From NCBI GenBank assembly GCA_963693365.1, contig CAVNZM010000013.1, forward strand, positions 2,629,817-2,693,816: 64,000 nucleotides of DNA, read 5' to 3'. Both the position numbers and the translations under genes were made by a program. This DNA comes from Amoebidium appalachense. Its lineage: Eukaryota > Protista > Ichthyosporea. The notes beneath the pieces were generated by a model. The model worked only from the letters and a program-made list of their open reading frames with translations, did not search any database and had not been told where the DNA came from. Shown here piece after piece: positions 1 through 23,278 of the stretch; within the stretch, counting starts at the first letter, position 1, and the number at the start of each line of letters is the position of its first letter.

Positions 1-599
1 ACATCTTCCACTTGGCACGCATGGGCCCCAACCACAGCCCGCCCGCGCGGCTGGTGGACGAGCTGATTGCGCTGCTTAGGGACCCCAGCATCATCAAGGT
101 GGGCAAGCAGATCGGCACGGACTCGGCCCACCTCAACAAGGACTACGGCACCCCTGTGGCCAGCTATCTGGAGCTGGGCCGGTTCTGCTATGCCCGTGCA
201 GCTATCACCTCTGCGGCCCGGGGCTTGGCCGACATCACTGCCCAGGTCATAGGCAAGAAGCTGCCCAAGCCGGCACTTGTTCGATGCTCCAACTGGCACG
301 AGCCGCTATCAGAGGTGCAGGCCACCTACGCTGCCCTTGATGCATATGCGTCCCTGCAGGTCTACTCGGCCGTGGTCGATAGGCCAAACCTGTCAGGTGT
401 GTATCCCACCTGCTTTTTGCCCCAGTGCTTATGTACTTATGCCAGATATAGAAAGATTGTGGGCCCCCCAGAGGAGAGGGGAGGGGGAGGAGGGGGGGGG
501 GGGGGGGGGGGTGGCTGACCACATGGGCCAGTGTTCCAGTTGTGTTATGCTGGGTGTCGGGTGGCTATCAAAGGAGGGGGTGATTGGTGGTGGTGGTGG

Positions 600-630
<31 letters not shown>

Positions 631-2282
631 TATAGCACTGTTAACACGTGCAAGTGCCACACAAGCTGGGCACTGGGAGAGGGGGGGGGGGGGAGGGAGA
701 AGGGGGGGGGGGGGGGGGGGGGGGAAGGGGGTTGCTAAGGAATATGCATTTGATTTTTGTGGAGCGAAGAGAAAAACGTTGGTGCTGTGGCTTTTTGGCT
801 GAGTTTTTTGCTTCCCTCTATGACATGCAGCGCGGCTTCATGCAAAGGCACTCGGTGAAGGGGTTGAGATTGTGCCCCGGCGGGGCCCACATGCTGCAGC
901 AGCCACCGGGGTGGTGCTGGCTGTGCAGCCGGAGCGCTGGGGGGGCATGAAGGTGGGCAAGAAGCATGCAGTGGTGCGGGTGGATCAGGTGCTGTCGCCG
1001 GCCATGCAGGTGCCCTTTGGCCCCGACAAGGGCAAGACCCTGGGAGAGCTGGGCCCGCCGCCCTTTGAGCTGATGGTGCACCTGCAGTGGCTACGGCCCA
1101 TTCAGCCCCCACCGGACCCAGGTGCCGAGGTGCCGGTGGTCCCTGACCCAGCCCCTCCCCCTGCCAGTCCTCCCCCTGCCGAGCAGCAGCAACCCCTTGC
1201 CGGCCCACAGGCACCCCCCCAGGACCCCCAGGCAGCCCCGGGGGGCCTTGAGGCAGCCCCAGGGGGACCCGAGGCAGCTCCCAGAGAGGGCATGTTGGGC
1301 CAGGCACCGCCTGGGGAGGTGGTGTGGCAGACTGTGCTGAATGACGCCTTCCACTCCATTGCAAACACGGCGGACGGCACGTACAAGTCACACCCCCGCA
1401 GGGCTGAGTACGCACGCGCACTCAGCGAGGCAATATTTGTGTGGAATGAAGAGGATTACGGACATGTGAAGGTGCCCCCCCCCCCTCCCCCCCCCCCCCC
1501 AAAATAAAAAATAAAAAATAAAAATAAAAAAAACGGCAACAACAACATGCGTGACTGACGCGCACACACACATACACTCGTTAGCACACACTCACCATTC
1601 CACCCACAACCATGCACACCTTCGACAAAACTTCTGAGGGAAGAGAGAGAGCCTGAGCCTCAGAGAGAGGGGGGGCAAGGGGGGGGGGGGGGGGGGGGGG
1701 GGAGGGGGGGGAGGAGAGTGGGGGTTATTCATATGCCTAGAGAGAAATAATGTAGGGTTGTGGGGGGAAATAGCCACATGCATTTTTTACTTGTGTTGGG
1801 GGAGAAGATGGGGGGGGTGGAGGGGAGGGGTCCTACAATAACGGCAGGTATCAAAGTCTACCAAACCCAAATTGCAGTGTGCGTAGTAAATTAATATTGG
1901 CATCCTGCCTCACAGGGGGTGCTGGAGCAGAAGGGCATCAACATTGAAACCGAGCTCAAGGGCGGCGACCTGAGCTACTTCATGGAGCGCATCCGGCGGG
2001 TTATTCCCGACCCATACACGCTGGTCTCGCGGCTGGTGGAGTTCAAAAACACCTACAAGGATGTGCCGCCCGGACCGGATGGCAAGCCTCTGTTCAAGAA
2101 GGATGGCTTTGAAAGACTCGAGGCAACATCCCCCCCCCCCCCCCCCCTCCCCTGCAGGCGCCCAACAACTCCACCACCACAGAAAAGATTCTTCGCTTAT
2201 TTGTCATCCTTGGTTCATCTGCACACACACGCACACCCTAGCCTCCCCCCCCCCCCCCCCCCTCCCCCCCCCCCCCAAACAT

Positions 2283-2330
<48 letters not shown>

Positions 2331-2410
2331 CCCGCACGGCCCTTGCTGCCTAGCCAGTTGTTTTTTGCCTTTCCCTGCTCGTTTTTTTCCTTAGCAACCC
2401 CATCCCCCCC

Positions 2411-2441
<31 letters not shown>

Positions 2442-4110
2442 ACACACATACACACACACTACCACCACCACCACCCACCCATCTCTCTGATGTTTGCTTG
2501 TGCCCCCACAGTCGCTGCTCGAACACGCCCAAAATGGCTGTCTGTCGGACCCCCCCGGCCTGCCCCTCTACTACGAGACCACTGCCGACGCAGATGGGCT
2601 CATGCGCTACCGCTGCATCCGGGGCACCAACGAGGTGGAGGGGGCAGTGCACAACCCCCTGGCCACCCACTTTGGGGCCACACGCATGTCGCTGCGCCTG
2701 CTGGACGCCACCATGTCCAATAGGCGCCACCGCCACAACCTGCGTGCACACTACCGCAACCGCCTGGGCCAGGCATCAGGGCCCCCCCACTACAGCCCCT
2801 GGATTGTTGACGACATGGAGGCACTGGCGCTGATGCTGTACGGCCATCACCTCGACCCCCAGTGGGTACCCGTAGGCTGCTACAAGCTACCGGAGGAGTA
2901 CTTCAACTTTGCCCCGCTCTCCTGTGTGGCCAATGCCCCGGCGCAGGAGCCAGTTGCGGTGCCCGCACCCCCACCTCCGTCTGATAACATCGAGCCTGCA
3001 GCCAATGGCGTGATGGGCGGGCCAGAGGACTGTGAGGTCGAGGAGGGTGACGGTGCTGCCATGGGGGGGGGCAACCAGGTGGCGCGTGGTGCACCACAGC
3101 CGGACCCTGCACTGAGGGGCGACTACAAGTTCCTGGCGCAGAAGCAACATGTGGCCATCCCCTTCCTTCCGGTGCTTACCCCTCAGGAGCGCAAGCTATT
3201 CAGCACGCTGCTCCTGGGCACCTACAAGGCACATGCAAAGCCCAACGGCCAGCTGTTCGAGGCTTTGGCCCAAGACTTCAACAAGGCTGCCTCTGTGGCT
3301 GGGGGAATCTACATGAAGGATGCGGCCTACATCAAGAAGCATTTCGACAAGTGGAAGACCTGGCAGACGGCACATGCACAGCGCTCCACACACGAGGGCC
3401 TGGCAGATCACCGCAAGCGTATGCGCGAGGAGAGGGCAGACGCTGTGCCAGCAACCATACGGCCTGCCCCCCTGCCACCCCTCCCTGTTCCAGACGGTGT
3501 CGATGCAGGGGCGCAGCGTGAGCGGCCCTTGCCCATGCTAGTGGGCAAAAAGCATCGCAACATTGGCCCTGAGGGGCCCCTGCAGATGGATTTGCCGGTG
3601 CCCCCTCCTATGCAGCCACCCCAGAGAGCCCCCAAGACCTGCAAGACGTGTGGCCGCCAGGGCAAGGGCTGCCCCGGCTCCAATCGGGCCAAGAGCTGCC
3701 CACGTTGGGTTGCAGCCAATCAGGATGCCATGCCACCAGCACCCGCGCTTGACATGCAGCAGGGCCATGTGCCGCACATGCCCCCTGCACCCCATCCAGG
3801 CCCGCACCACCCACATGGCTGGCCCCCACCGTGGGGCATCATGCCGCCTCAGCCCGGCCCTGCCTTCCCCATGCCTGGGCTACTGCCGCAGCACTGTCCC
3901 CATCCTTACTTGGGCCATGTGGGCCAGCCCTCGGCTGGTGGGCAGTTCCCACCCCCTTCTCGTGCATCTGCTGTGCTGGGCCTGGCGTTGCCACCTGCTG
4001 GAGAGACGCAGCTGCAATGGCACGATCGAAAGCAAAGTAATCGTGGCCGCAAGTCTGCAGGCAGCCAATCAGGATCTCAGAGTAGTCAGAGTAGCCAAAC
4101 TAGTGTCTAA
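1..4110 (+). CDS. Spliced DDE-type transposase-like protein with a DEDDy (WRN-like) 3'-5' exonuclease domain; 5' end lies outside the window. Exons <1-396, 831-1471, 1916-2122, 2512-4110
   Basis: Exon 1 has exonuclease motifs (IIKVG..IGTD, CSNW..PLS..Q..YAALDAY). Later exons have LNDAFH (DxxH), ALSEAIFVW, RIRRVIP, GCLSDPPG, YRCIRGTNEVEG..H, a Myb-like helical segment and a C-terminal CxxC..CPG...C knuckle. Exon phases join in frame via GT-AG (397-830, 1472-1915) and GC-AG (2123-2511) introns. Confidence 0.75.
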
Positions 4111-4524
4111 TATTGGAATGTACACCAATGTAACGGATCTCATATGTGTTGTAGTGCTTCAAGTTATACCTGTTCTTCGTACAGTCATGTTAGGGGGAGG
4201 GGGGGGGGGGGGGGGGGGGGGCTAGCTTTCATTCCGAAGTTTACTGTAAAGAATTAAAATTTAGAATCTGAGTAATAGTACAGAGCCTTTGCACTTTTCT
4301 CTGTTTGTTAGGAATTCTTTGTGATCGAGAGTATGGTGTGTTAGACTATTGGTGTTAATGTGTCCTGGAAGGTGTATAATGTCTGCTGGCCGTAGTCAGT
4401 ATTTATTTTTAGGTATATAGTATATTTTTAAATGTTGGCCGCTGGCCAATAAATAGCAAATAATAAACACACGATAAAGTCAATAGCGTGCCAAAAAACT
4501 AATCCCCAGCGAGCGCACCCAGTG

Positions 4525-4605
<81 letters not shown>

Positions 4606-5562
4606 CGCGTGCGTGCGTGTGTGTGTGTGTGTGTGCGTGCGTGCGTGCGTGTGTGCGTGTGTGCGTGTGTGCGTGTGTGCGTGTGTGTGTGAGTGTGTGT
4701 GTGTGTGTGTGTGTATGTGTGGTGTGGTGTGTGCGCGGCTTGTACATATGTACGTGTTCATGTGCACCTGTGTCGGACCTACGAAGTACATGAAAGTAAA
4801 TTTTGACAGCATCGATCTGCCGGTGTGTATGTGTATGTGTGCCAGTGCAGCAGGTGTGCCTTGTAACTGATAGCTTCGCATTTTACGTGTGTGTATATAT
4901 AGTAGTACGCATAGACACTTGCTGATCATTCGGATCGACATTAATATTTAATCTGTCGGTCCTCGGTTTTTTGAGTGAATGATGATCAAGTGTAAGAGCA
5001 TTCACTTGGCAAGTATTAATGTTGCAGAGGCTAGCTGCAGCTGCAAGCGTCGGATGCACACTGACAATTGTCTTTTCAGCGAGTCTAACCTGCAGGCAGC
5101 AGCTGCACACATATAGGGTTGTTATCTTGCGGCACATGCACGGTGATCATTTCAGAGTAATAGAGTTCAGAGCAATGAAAACAATGAAAATAACTAAACT
5201 TTGTGACTACTTTAAAGTTGCTGAGATCATACGTGGTGCAAGCTGCACTATGAACACATGTATAGTGCTAGTAATTAATACATTTTTGTTGCCTTCTGCA
5301 GGGTTATCGTAGCTACGTCACGGCCTGCACTCAGGGGGGGGGAGGGGGGGGGAGAGGGGGATGATTCGAAGGGGGTATAAATAAGAACATGCACCTAAAG
5401 GTCTTTCCCGTGGATCCTCCCCCCTCCCCCCCCCCACCTCTCCCCTCCCCCGGGGCCCCATACTATGATATCTAGGCCCAATATTATATGCCCCTTCCCC
5501 CCCCCCCCCCCTCCCTCTCCGGATCCCCGGACCCCACTTCCCTACCCGGAGGCTCCACAGCG

Positions 5563-5609
<47 letters not shown>

Positions 5610-5632
5610 GGCTTACGGGGGCCCTTCTTCAT

Positions 5633-5670
<38 letters not shown>

Positions 5671-5921
5671 GGGGGTGGGGGGGGAGGGAAGTGGAAGGCG
5701 GGGGTGGATGCATGTCAGCCTAGGTGAATTCAATTGTTTAACTCCAGTGTGCAGGACTGGTCTGAAGGCTTAAGAAAACAACGAGGAAATGGGGTCCAGT
5801 GGAGGTGGTGGTGGTGTTCTGTGTGTGTGTGTACACGTGCACGTATGTGTGTGGTTTTTTTAAGGGGTGAGTGGTGGTGGTGGTGGTGGTGGTGGTCACC
5901 GTGGTGGTGGTGTGTGTGTCT

Positions 5922-5983
<62 letters not shown>

Positions 5984-7543
5984 TAGAAAGAAAAACTGCT
6001 CGTGGGTCACTGTTTTTCGTCACTGTATTTGTAACGGGCCGCTCATATTTATATAACTACTTTAATTTAAGTACACGTGTTCATTATCATATACGATGGC
6101 CAAATATAGAAATTTTGGCGTCGAAGTTCTTGGAGCTAAAAAAACGTTTAAAAGGGGGAAATAATAGCTTGGCCCCAAATTTACCTTGCCGTTTTTAGCG
6201 AATGTATTTTTTATTCATGAGTTCTAGTGATTCAGTGAGTGCACGTGCCTGCCTCAGGCTGATCATGACAACTGCAACACACCATTCCTACATGGATATC
6301 AACCAAAAGAAAATAGTATATACTGTGGTGGTCTCCTAAACCTTGTGCGGCATGCGCATACATGATATTACAGTGACGCATGTGCATATTATTGTTCTGT
6401 ACACCGGAGTGTGCCGGTGCACGTGGCTGTTTTGTGCACATGTTACAATAGCAGCACGATCTCCCTAAACTCCATGTTTACACATCCCTCACCCTGGCTC
6501 TGCCTTGTCGGTGCTCCAAAACACACATACAAATCCCCCTAGACTCAGTGCCTGCACATGGTCGCATTCACGTGCAGGTCACGTGACACATGCGATGCCA
6601 TACTGCCGTCTACAGCAACAACCACGGCAGCATGTATACCGGCCCAGCACGAAATATACTTATCGGCAGCCCACTGAACTCGCCCATTTTCTCTTTTTCA
6701 TGTATGTCCCTCCTTTTTTGTAAAATCACCCTTTTTGGCCTCCCGGTAGTGGATTTTGCAGGATTTGACTTCTTTGAGGTCCAAAAACCTCAAATTTTCC
6801 CCGGCGGGGCCGGGGAGGGAGAATTCAAAAATTGCCCGCTCCTGATATGGTACCCGGGCCGGCTTCAGTCTCGGAACAGACTACAAACATTCGGTTCACA
6901 GTGTCTTCCATTCATCAGAGAATCTGCCAGGGATTCCCATGAATTTCAGCCTAACAGATCCCTACCCGTATTAAGAAGAGGAGCAACGATATAGAAGAGT
7001 AGTTTGTTATTTTAAATGATATGCGCATATGTTGATTATATGTGCGTATAAGCATGTACCTACCATCACGAACTTCGAGATCAGTCAACAAATATTTTTG
7101 TACGATTGGCTCAGACGCTCATCCGCAGCATATCTTCGAATTCCGGCCTATGCTCGAAAAATCGAGTGGGTTTTCTCCACATGCCTGCGACACGTGTTGA
7201 TTATTTATTTGTTTTATTTTTGGATATAATAGCATTCTGATAATTTAGTGCTTTAGTAAGCCTAAACTACTGCTACTGTATCCACTCACCTGCCCGTCTT
7301 TCCACTGATTCGAAAGAATGTGATCGATGACGCCACCATCCCCCGCATATCATGGGGTGTCTTGATCCAAGGCCCCCTAAATAGGTGTGGTATTTAGGAG
7401 GCCTTGGTCTTGATCCCATCCAATCTTTATACGTCGCCCCCACACGACATGGGCCAAGCTTGCAAAGTTCACTGATCCGCGTTGTAGTGGTTTTATTAAT
7501 TTGTTTGATGTTCTAATAGAGCATTTTGAGGGAAGTAGGCAAT

Positions 7544-17404
<9,861 letters not shown>

Positions 17405-17551
17405 TTGTGTGTGTGTGTGCAAACATCAATATTTTCCTCCTTCAGCCCGAGTTCCACACCACACACTTGCATGCACACACAACACGGAAGATTTGTTGGT
17501 AAGATGGAGGTTCCTTGTACAGGAGTGGTTTGGAGGGAGAAGGTGCGCACG

Positions 17552-17594
<43 letters not shown>

Positions 17595-17662
17595 ACCTCT
17601 TTCTCTCCCTCTCTCTCCTCCCCCAGCCTGCTTCCTCCCCCCCCCCCCCCCCCCCCCCCCCT

Positions 17663-17716
<54 letters not shown>

Positions 17717-17800
17717 CCCCCCCCCCCCCCCCCTCCTTTCTCTCTGTCTCTCTCTCACTCTCTCTCTCTCTTCCCCCCCCCCCCCCCCCCCCCCCCCCCG

Positions 17801-17901
17801 GGGGCTCTGCTTATTATGCATACTCTTTATGTATGGCTTGCATTCTGCATCGTGTTATCCGTTTGTTCTTGTGTACTTCGTACTTTTTGACGCATTCAAA
17901 A
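17801..17901 (+). repeat. 5'-truncated young copy of the SINE-like repeat between two C tracts
   Basis: Essentially identical to 14042-14140. Confidence 0.85.
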
Positions 17902-18374
17902 CCCCCCCCGGGGGCAGTTTTTGGTTGCTGTTTGTATCTGTAGGCAAGGACAAAAAGTAAACCTGGTTCCCTTTTGATGTTGAGTTTCGGGTTCGCGTTG
18001 GTGTAAGCGCAACCCGAGTTAGTCTGGTATCGAATGTAATAGTAACTCCACAAAACATAGCCAATGAAGCCTTTGTTTTGCTATTATTATAGGTGCGTAT
18101 GTGAAACGTTCTTATTGGTTGACAACAGTAATGTGCTCAGCATAGCGACGAGCTGTCAAACTTGGGTGCAGCTTCCAAATTTCAACTCAAAGTCTGCACG
18201 TTGTTGTTATGTATCTGAGGTTTGTGTTGGTCATGTTTTGCCCATGCCTTTCGAGAACCGCATGCGGATTTCTGCATGACAATGTTCACATGTACACGGG
18301 TATTTTTTTGTGTGCTTGATGCACGCATGTGCAAGGGCTCTCAAATGAATGAATGAATGAGTACATTAATATAG

Positions 18375-18455
<81 letters not shown>

Positions 18456-19480
18456 ACGTATGTGTGTGTGTTCATGCGCGCCTGTCTGTGTACAGGTGTG
18501 TTTTCGTACACGTGGTTGTGTGTGTACGTACACCTGACACTGTGTGTGTACTGCAGTATGTGTGTGTACATGTACACGTGTGTCTTGCAACATATGAAGT
18601 GTGTGTACACGTGTGACTGTGCCCGTGTGGATGTGTGTGTGTGTGTGTGTGCACGTGTGTGTGTGCGCGCGCGTCTGTGTGTGTGTGTACATGTGTACAC
18701 GTGTATGATGTGCACACGTCACGATACACACGTGTAGCCTAATGCCGGTAGGTGTCGGCAGTGGGCCTCACGAGGTGTACTACGTCACGTCGGCGGCGCG
18801 AATTTTTCCTGGCCGATGCCCCACCGTGAAGGGTGACTGCTGTTGGGGTCTTAAGTTTGGAGGTAGTCTTATTATATAATTATTCTTTAATTCACCGATC
18901 TCAGATCTAGATCTAATTGGCCAAAAAGTGGGGCCTAAAAATCGGGGCCAAATGCTAATCTACAGCCTCTTAAAGCCACTTTATTTTTGATTTCACTTAG
19001 AAACGAAGTTGTCACCCTCTAAGTAAAGTTGTATATATAAAAAGACGCGCAATAGTTGCAATTGATATAGGCGGTCTGGGGTGTCCGACGTCTTCGATCA
19101 ACCTGACTGCCGACTGACTGACGGCGGCGCCGCGGGAGTCGATCGCATAGCATATAGCAAAACATGTTTTTTTGCCTTTTTGGACCTCAAAAAACGTGCC
19201 GGACACCCTATGTTGCTTATATATACAATGTGTGTCGCTTTATTATCTATACTTTTAATTAAGGCGCCAAGTCCTGTTTCCTATTCATAGTTTAGGCTTT
19301 ATTGAGTAAAAACGGATTTGGACTATGACCGGCATAGGATGGTTAGGCCCCACTTTTGAGCCGCCAATTTCATTTAGGAATCTGAAGTCGGTGAGCAACG
19401 AAACTTTCCCTCCGTCAGTCCTTGAGTCACACTGCACTAAGCCAACTTGTGTGACCTCAGGCAGGCTGGGTGCAAGAGGT

Positions 19481-19527
<47 letters not shown>

Positions 19528-19943
19528 TCCCCCCCGCCGTCCGGCGCCGGCCTTCGAATTCGAGGCCCCCTCCCTCAACCCCTCCCCCTCCCTTTCAACC
19601 CACTCGGGCCTCTTGAAGGCTTCCCCAATGAAGTCGGCCTCTTTTGTTTCTCGGTCTCTTCTGGCCGAGTCCTGACTCAAGTGGGCAAAACTTGAAAGGA
19701 TCCTGGTTGGCCACGCCAGTCGCGAGTCGACGGGAAAGATGTTAAATCGGGGTTTACGCTGTTTACTCGAGGCAAAGAGAACCAGTCTCAGGTATGGGGG
19801 GGGGGGGTTTGCTCGGAATATCCCCTCAGCGGTATATCATGATCACGTACATAGATGTCGGGTGGTGACTATATATCAGGGTTTACTTTCTCTACGAGAC
19901 ACCATAAAGACTACAAGGAGAAATCAATTAGTTGGGGTTCCCC

Positions 19944-19985
<42 letters not shown>

Positions 19986-20017
19986 GGGCTCCCCTCGGGA
20001 CACTCGGTATCAGCTGG

Positions 20018-20062
<45 letters not shown>

Positions 20063-20083
20063 GTGTGTGTGTGTGCGCGTGCG

Positions 20084-23000
20084 CTATAATTTTGTAGTGA
20101 TGTGTTTCTCAAGCCAATCAATACATCTAATAAACAGGTCGTAGTTACGCGTGTTTAGTATAAAATCAAGGATGTTGTAATTTACAGGTAGGCTATCTTT
20201 CTGGGTGTCTGTTGTGAATGTGACGTGTGTGTGTTGCGGTATTATGTGGTCTATCAAACTACATTTGGCGATACATGACCGGTTAAACTGGTGTGTGTGT
20301 GTGTTGTTTGGGCATGCAAATGATGCCACCTTATACTTATTAGATCTCCACTGTATAGCACGTGTACAGTAAAAGCGTGGTAATTGATCAATAATACCAT
20401 CAGCTAGAGAAAGACCAGTTCTACAGGAAGGTAATATGTATTTAGGTGTTATACACTTGCGAGTGCCATATTTGGCAATATGGTTGAGGCGGTCAGTATA
20501 TATAAAACGAGACATAAGGCTTAGTTTTTCAAGGTGTATGCTTTCATCGGGTCTAGTGTCGTGTGGTATCTTTTTCCATTTGTTATATTGCGTGATTATC
20601 TTGTGATTGTGTACATGTTTAATAAGTAAGTGGCAGTCCAAAGTCACACACACACTATTGCGGGGTTTATTTGTATTTGTGCCCAGGGGAGAAGGGGAGA
20701 GAGAGGGGAGGAAAGAGGGGAGAGGTGAGGAGGGGACAGGTCGGATAGAGAAGAGAGGGTGGGAGGGCAAATACTTCTTTAAGCGGCTTATGTGCTTATT
20801 GAATTTCAGCGCGAGATAGGATACTCTAGCAGCTATTGGGACCAGACCATATATCGAGAGCGTTACAGGCCCAGGTTTACAACAGTTGTTAGATAGAAAG
20901 GAGGCAACTTCTGCTTCAAGGAAATTTGCCAAGGGTTTAAGCGCTCTAGTTCTCTCTTTCTTGATCCAAGCGGCGAGAAGGGGTAAACCATATTCACATG
21001 CCGGGAAGACAAAAGTGCGAATAAATGTAAGTCTAATAGAAGGATGGAGGGGTGTGTCTTTAAAAATATTAGCCGAGAAGAAAGCTAACCGCTTACGAGC
21101 CAACTCTACCCTCTTTTCGACCATATGGGGAAACATAACACCAACAGAATCAACCGGAACACCAAGATATTTGTATTCTGGAACTATAGGTACAGGTTTA
21201 GATGATAATGTAAATGTGTGTAAATTGTTAGCTATATCAGGTACAAGAACACCACATTTGTCTATGTTAAGGATCATAAGGTTTGCCTTGCACCACTCTG
21301 ACACTACATCGAACAATCTTTGCAGGCGTCTAGGGGTACGGGCAAGGAGGGACAGATCATCAGCATAGAGAAGTGCAGGCGGAAAGTTATTAATAGGGTC
21401 ATCGTTTTCGGCGTAAATCTTGACAGCCAAATCATCTATAAATAGGTTCAACAAAAAGGGGCTAAGCAATGAACCCTGCAAGAGACCTCTAGTACGAGCA
21501 AAACCATATGAAAGATGCCCATTAACCACAGCTCTACCATAGGTTTGAGACAAGAGTGCTTCTAACAGAACACCAATGCAGTGTGGTACACCCCGTGCAG
21601 CAAGCTTTTCCCATAGGAGACCAGGGGAGACAGAATCGTAAGCAGTTTTCCAATCAATAAAGCCAACATATTGTGCACCAACTTGCATAGAATCGTGCAG
21701 TGCCATTATTTGAACATAACATGAATTGTTTTTACGAAAAGCGGATTGGCATGGGTGTATGTGAAGAATAGATTGAAACCTAGGGTGATGTGCAAATAAC
21801 CTAAGTAAGCAAGCTTCAAAGAATCTACGAACAACCTGGGTTAGTGTAATGGGGCGAAAGGATGATATGGGGCCCTCAGAGTCCTTCTTAACTATGGGGA
21901 TCACTAAGGTATCTAACCAAGATGACGGGACATGTCCACATTTAACACACCAAGAAAAGAGAGAGCTTAACATGATAGTAAGATCAGGTTTAATAGCACG
22001 ATCACTTTCCTTTTGTGGGTAGGAGGGAACAAGGATTTTAAGAAACCCAGCAGGGAGTCCATCAGGTCCACAAGACTTACTAGAGCTATAACTAGATATC
22101 ACAGACCATATGGCATCGGGACTGAAAAAGGGGAGGATCGATTCTATGGGGATAGATGGGTCTACAGGCCACACAATAGGTTTCTGAGCGGGGGTCCTAT
22201 CTTTAAACAGTTCCGAGAAATACTTATCAGAGTCTATGAGGGGGTCTCCAGTGGTATCACCAATAATACGAGCAGGGGGGCCAAATCGATTCATACTAGC
22301 AAGCCGGCGCAAGCTTTCCTTTTGAGACAGGGGTTCACCTAGTCTAGCGGGAGTGGTGTTTGGTAACAAGAGAGCATCGGGGTATTCCTTCCTACCACCG
22401 CCAGCATAATCACCGAGATCTATCAAATCATCAACAATAAAGTTAGTGCATGTATCTAGTACGAGATGTGAATCTGGCCTGGCTTGTGCAGATTCTAATA
22501 GGCGCATATATATAGGGTGTTTCGTAGCATAGCATACACATACATCAACTCTACCCCACTGTGACTTAAGCTGGGATAGACGGAGGCGAAAGGTGGGAGG
22601 GGGAGGGGGGAGCAGATCAAGGGAGATCTTAGGTAGGAAAAGGATAGGAGAGTGGTCAGATGACCTAGAGAGGTTAGGAGGGAGAGAGAGTTTTGACATG
22701 GTTGATGGCCAAAAGGCCACTCCCCAGTCGGTGTTGTGGGCATGGGATATTTGAGGGAACCGCAAAGTGTGACTTTGGACATACCTTGCTAAAGGGATAG
22801 CACGCTCCGGGGGCTTAGATGGGTACCCGACACTCACTTGCAGTGTGTCTGTGTGGTGGAGTCGCGTGTTAAAATCACCTAAAATAACAGTGGACATTGG
22901 TAACTGTGACAACTCGTGAGTCAATTCGACAACCGACATAGATGGTGGGTAATATACAAAAGTAAAAACATTAGAAAGAAACTCTATAGAAACCGAGAAT

Positions 23001-23278
23001 TCCGTTTTTGCTACCGGTTTGCACTTCACTCTCACGTGTGGTGCGGCAAGTACAATAATGCCTCGGTTTTTCGCGTAACCGGGGTGTGTGGATGTGTCGA
23101 CCAATGTAGAGTTGAATTTGTGGTGGTTTTTAAACTGTGTTTCGCAAATCACTGTAAACGTGTGGTTGTTTGTCTGTTGTTGTATGTAGCTGATTTTATC
23201 GTCGAGTGTCCCGGGGGGGAGGCCCTTTTGGGGGCCCAGTGTCCGAGCATTCCAGAAGAAGAAGGATAAATTAGGCAT
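20084..23278 (-). CDS. LINE ORF2: apurinic-type endonuclease + reverse transcriptase, 1064 aa, intact
   Basis: APE motifs FWNAR, ICETQ, ILGDFN, SDHSPI; RT motifs KSCGPDG, FRPITL, QSAFRK, FIDWKTAYDSV, GLLQGSLLSPFLLNLFIDDL, LLYADD, YKYLGV; C-terminal Cys/His cluster. Confidence 0.95.
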   Translation of the reverse strand: MPNLSFFFWNARTLGPQKGLPPGTLDDKISYIQQQTNNHTFTVICETQFKNHHKFNSTLVDTSTHPGYAKNRGIIVLAAPHVRVKCKPVAKTEFSVSIEFLSNVFTFVYYPPSMSVVELTHELSQLPMSTVILGDFNTRLHHTDTLQVSVGYPSKPPERAIPLARYVQSHTLRFPQISHAHNTDWGVAFWPSTMSKLSLPPNLSRSSDHSPILFLPKISLDLLPPPPPTFRLRLSQLKSQWGRVDVCVCYATKHPIYMRLLESAQARPDSHLVLDTCTNFIVDDLIDLGDYAGGGRKEYPDALLLPNTTPARLGEPLSQKESLRRLASMNRFGPPARIIGDTTGDPLIDSDKYFSELFKDRTPAQKPIVWPVDPSIPIESILPFFSPDAIWSVISSYSSSKSCGPDGLPAGFLKILVPSYPQKESDRAIKPDLTIMLSSLFSWCVKCGHVPSSWLDTLVIPIVKKDSEGPISSFRPITLTQVVRRFFEACLLRLFAHHPRFQSILHIHPCQSAFRKNNSCYVQIMALHDSMQVGAQYVGFIDWKTAYDSVSPGLLWEKLAARGVPHCIGVLLEALLSQTYGRAVVNGHLSYGFARTRGLLQGSLLSPFLLNLFIDDLAVKIYAENDDPINNFPPALLYADDLSLLARTPRRLQRLFDVVSEWCKANLMILNIDKCGVLVPDIANNLHTFTLSSKPVPIVPEYKYLGVPVDSVGVMFPHMVEKRVELARKRLAFFSANIFKDTPLHPSIRLTFIRTFVFPACEYGLPLLAAWIKKERTRALKPLANFLEAEVASFLSNNCCKPGPVTLSIYGLVPIAARVSYLALKFNKHISRLKKYLPSHPLFSIRPVPSSPLPSFLPSLSPSPLGTNTNKPRNSVCVTLDCHLLIKHVHNHKIITQYNKWKKIPHDTRPDESIHLEKLSLMSRFIYTDRLNHIAKYGTRKCITPKYILPSCRTGLSLADGIIDQLPRFYCTRAIQWRSNKYKVASFACPNNTHTHQFNRSCIAKCSLIDHIIPQHTHVTFTTDTQKDSLPVNYNILDFILNTRNYDLFIRCIDWLEKHITTKL

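Noticed and set aside
19285-19695. ORFs flanking the LINE tail as a possible gene
   Set aside because: No recognisable motifs and interrupted by a C tract; probably a TE remnant.
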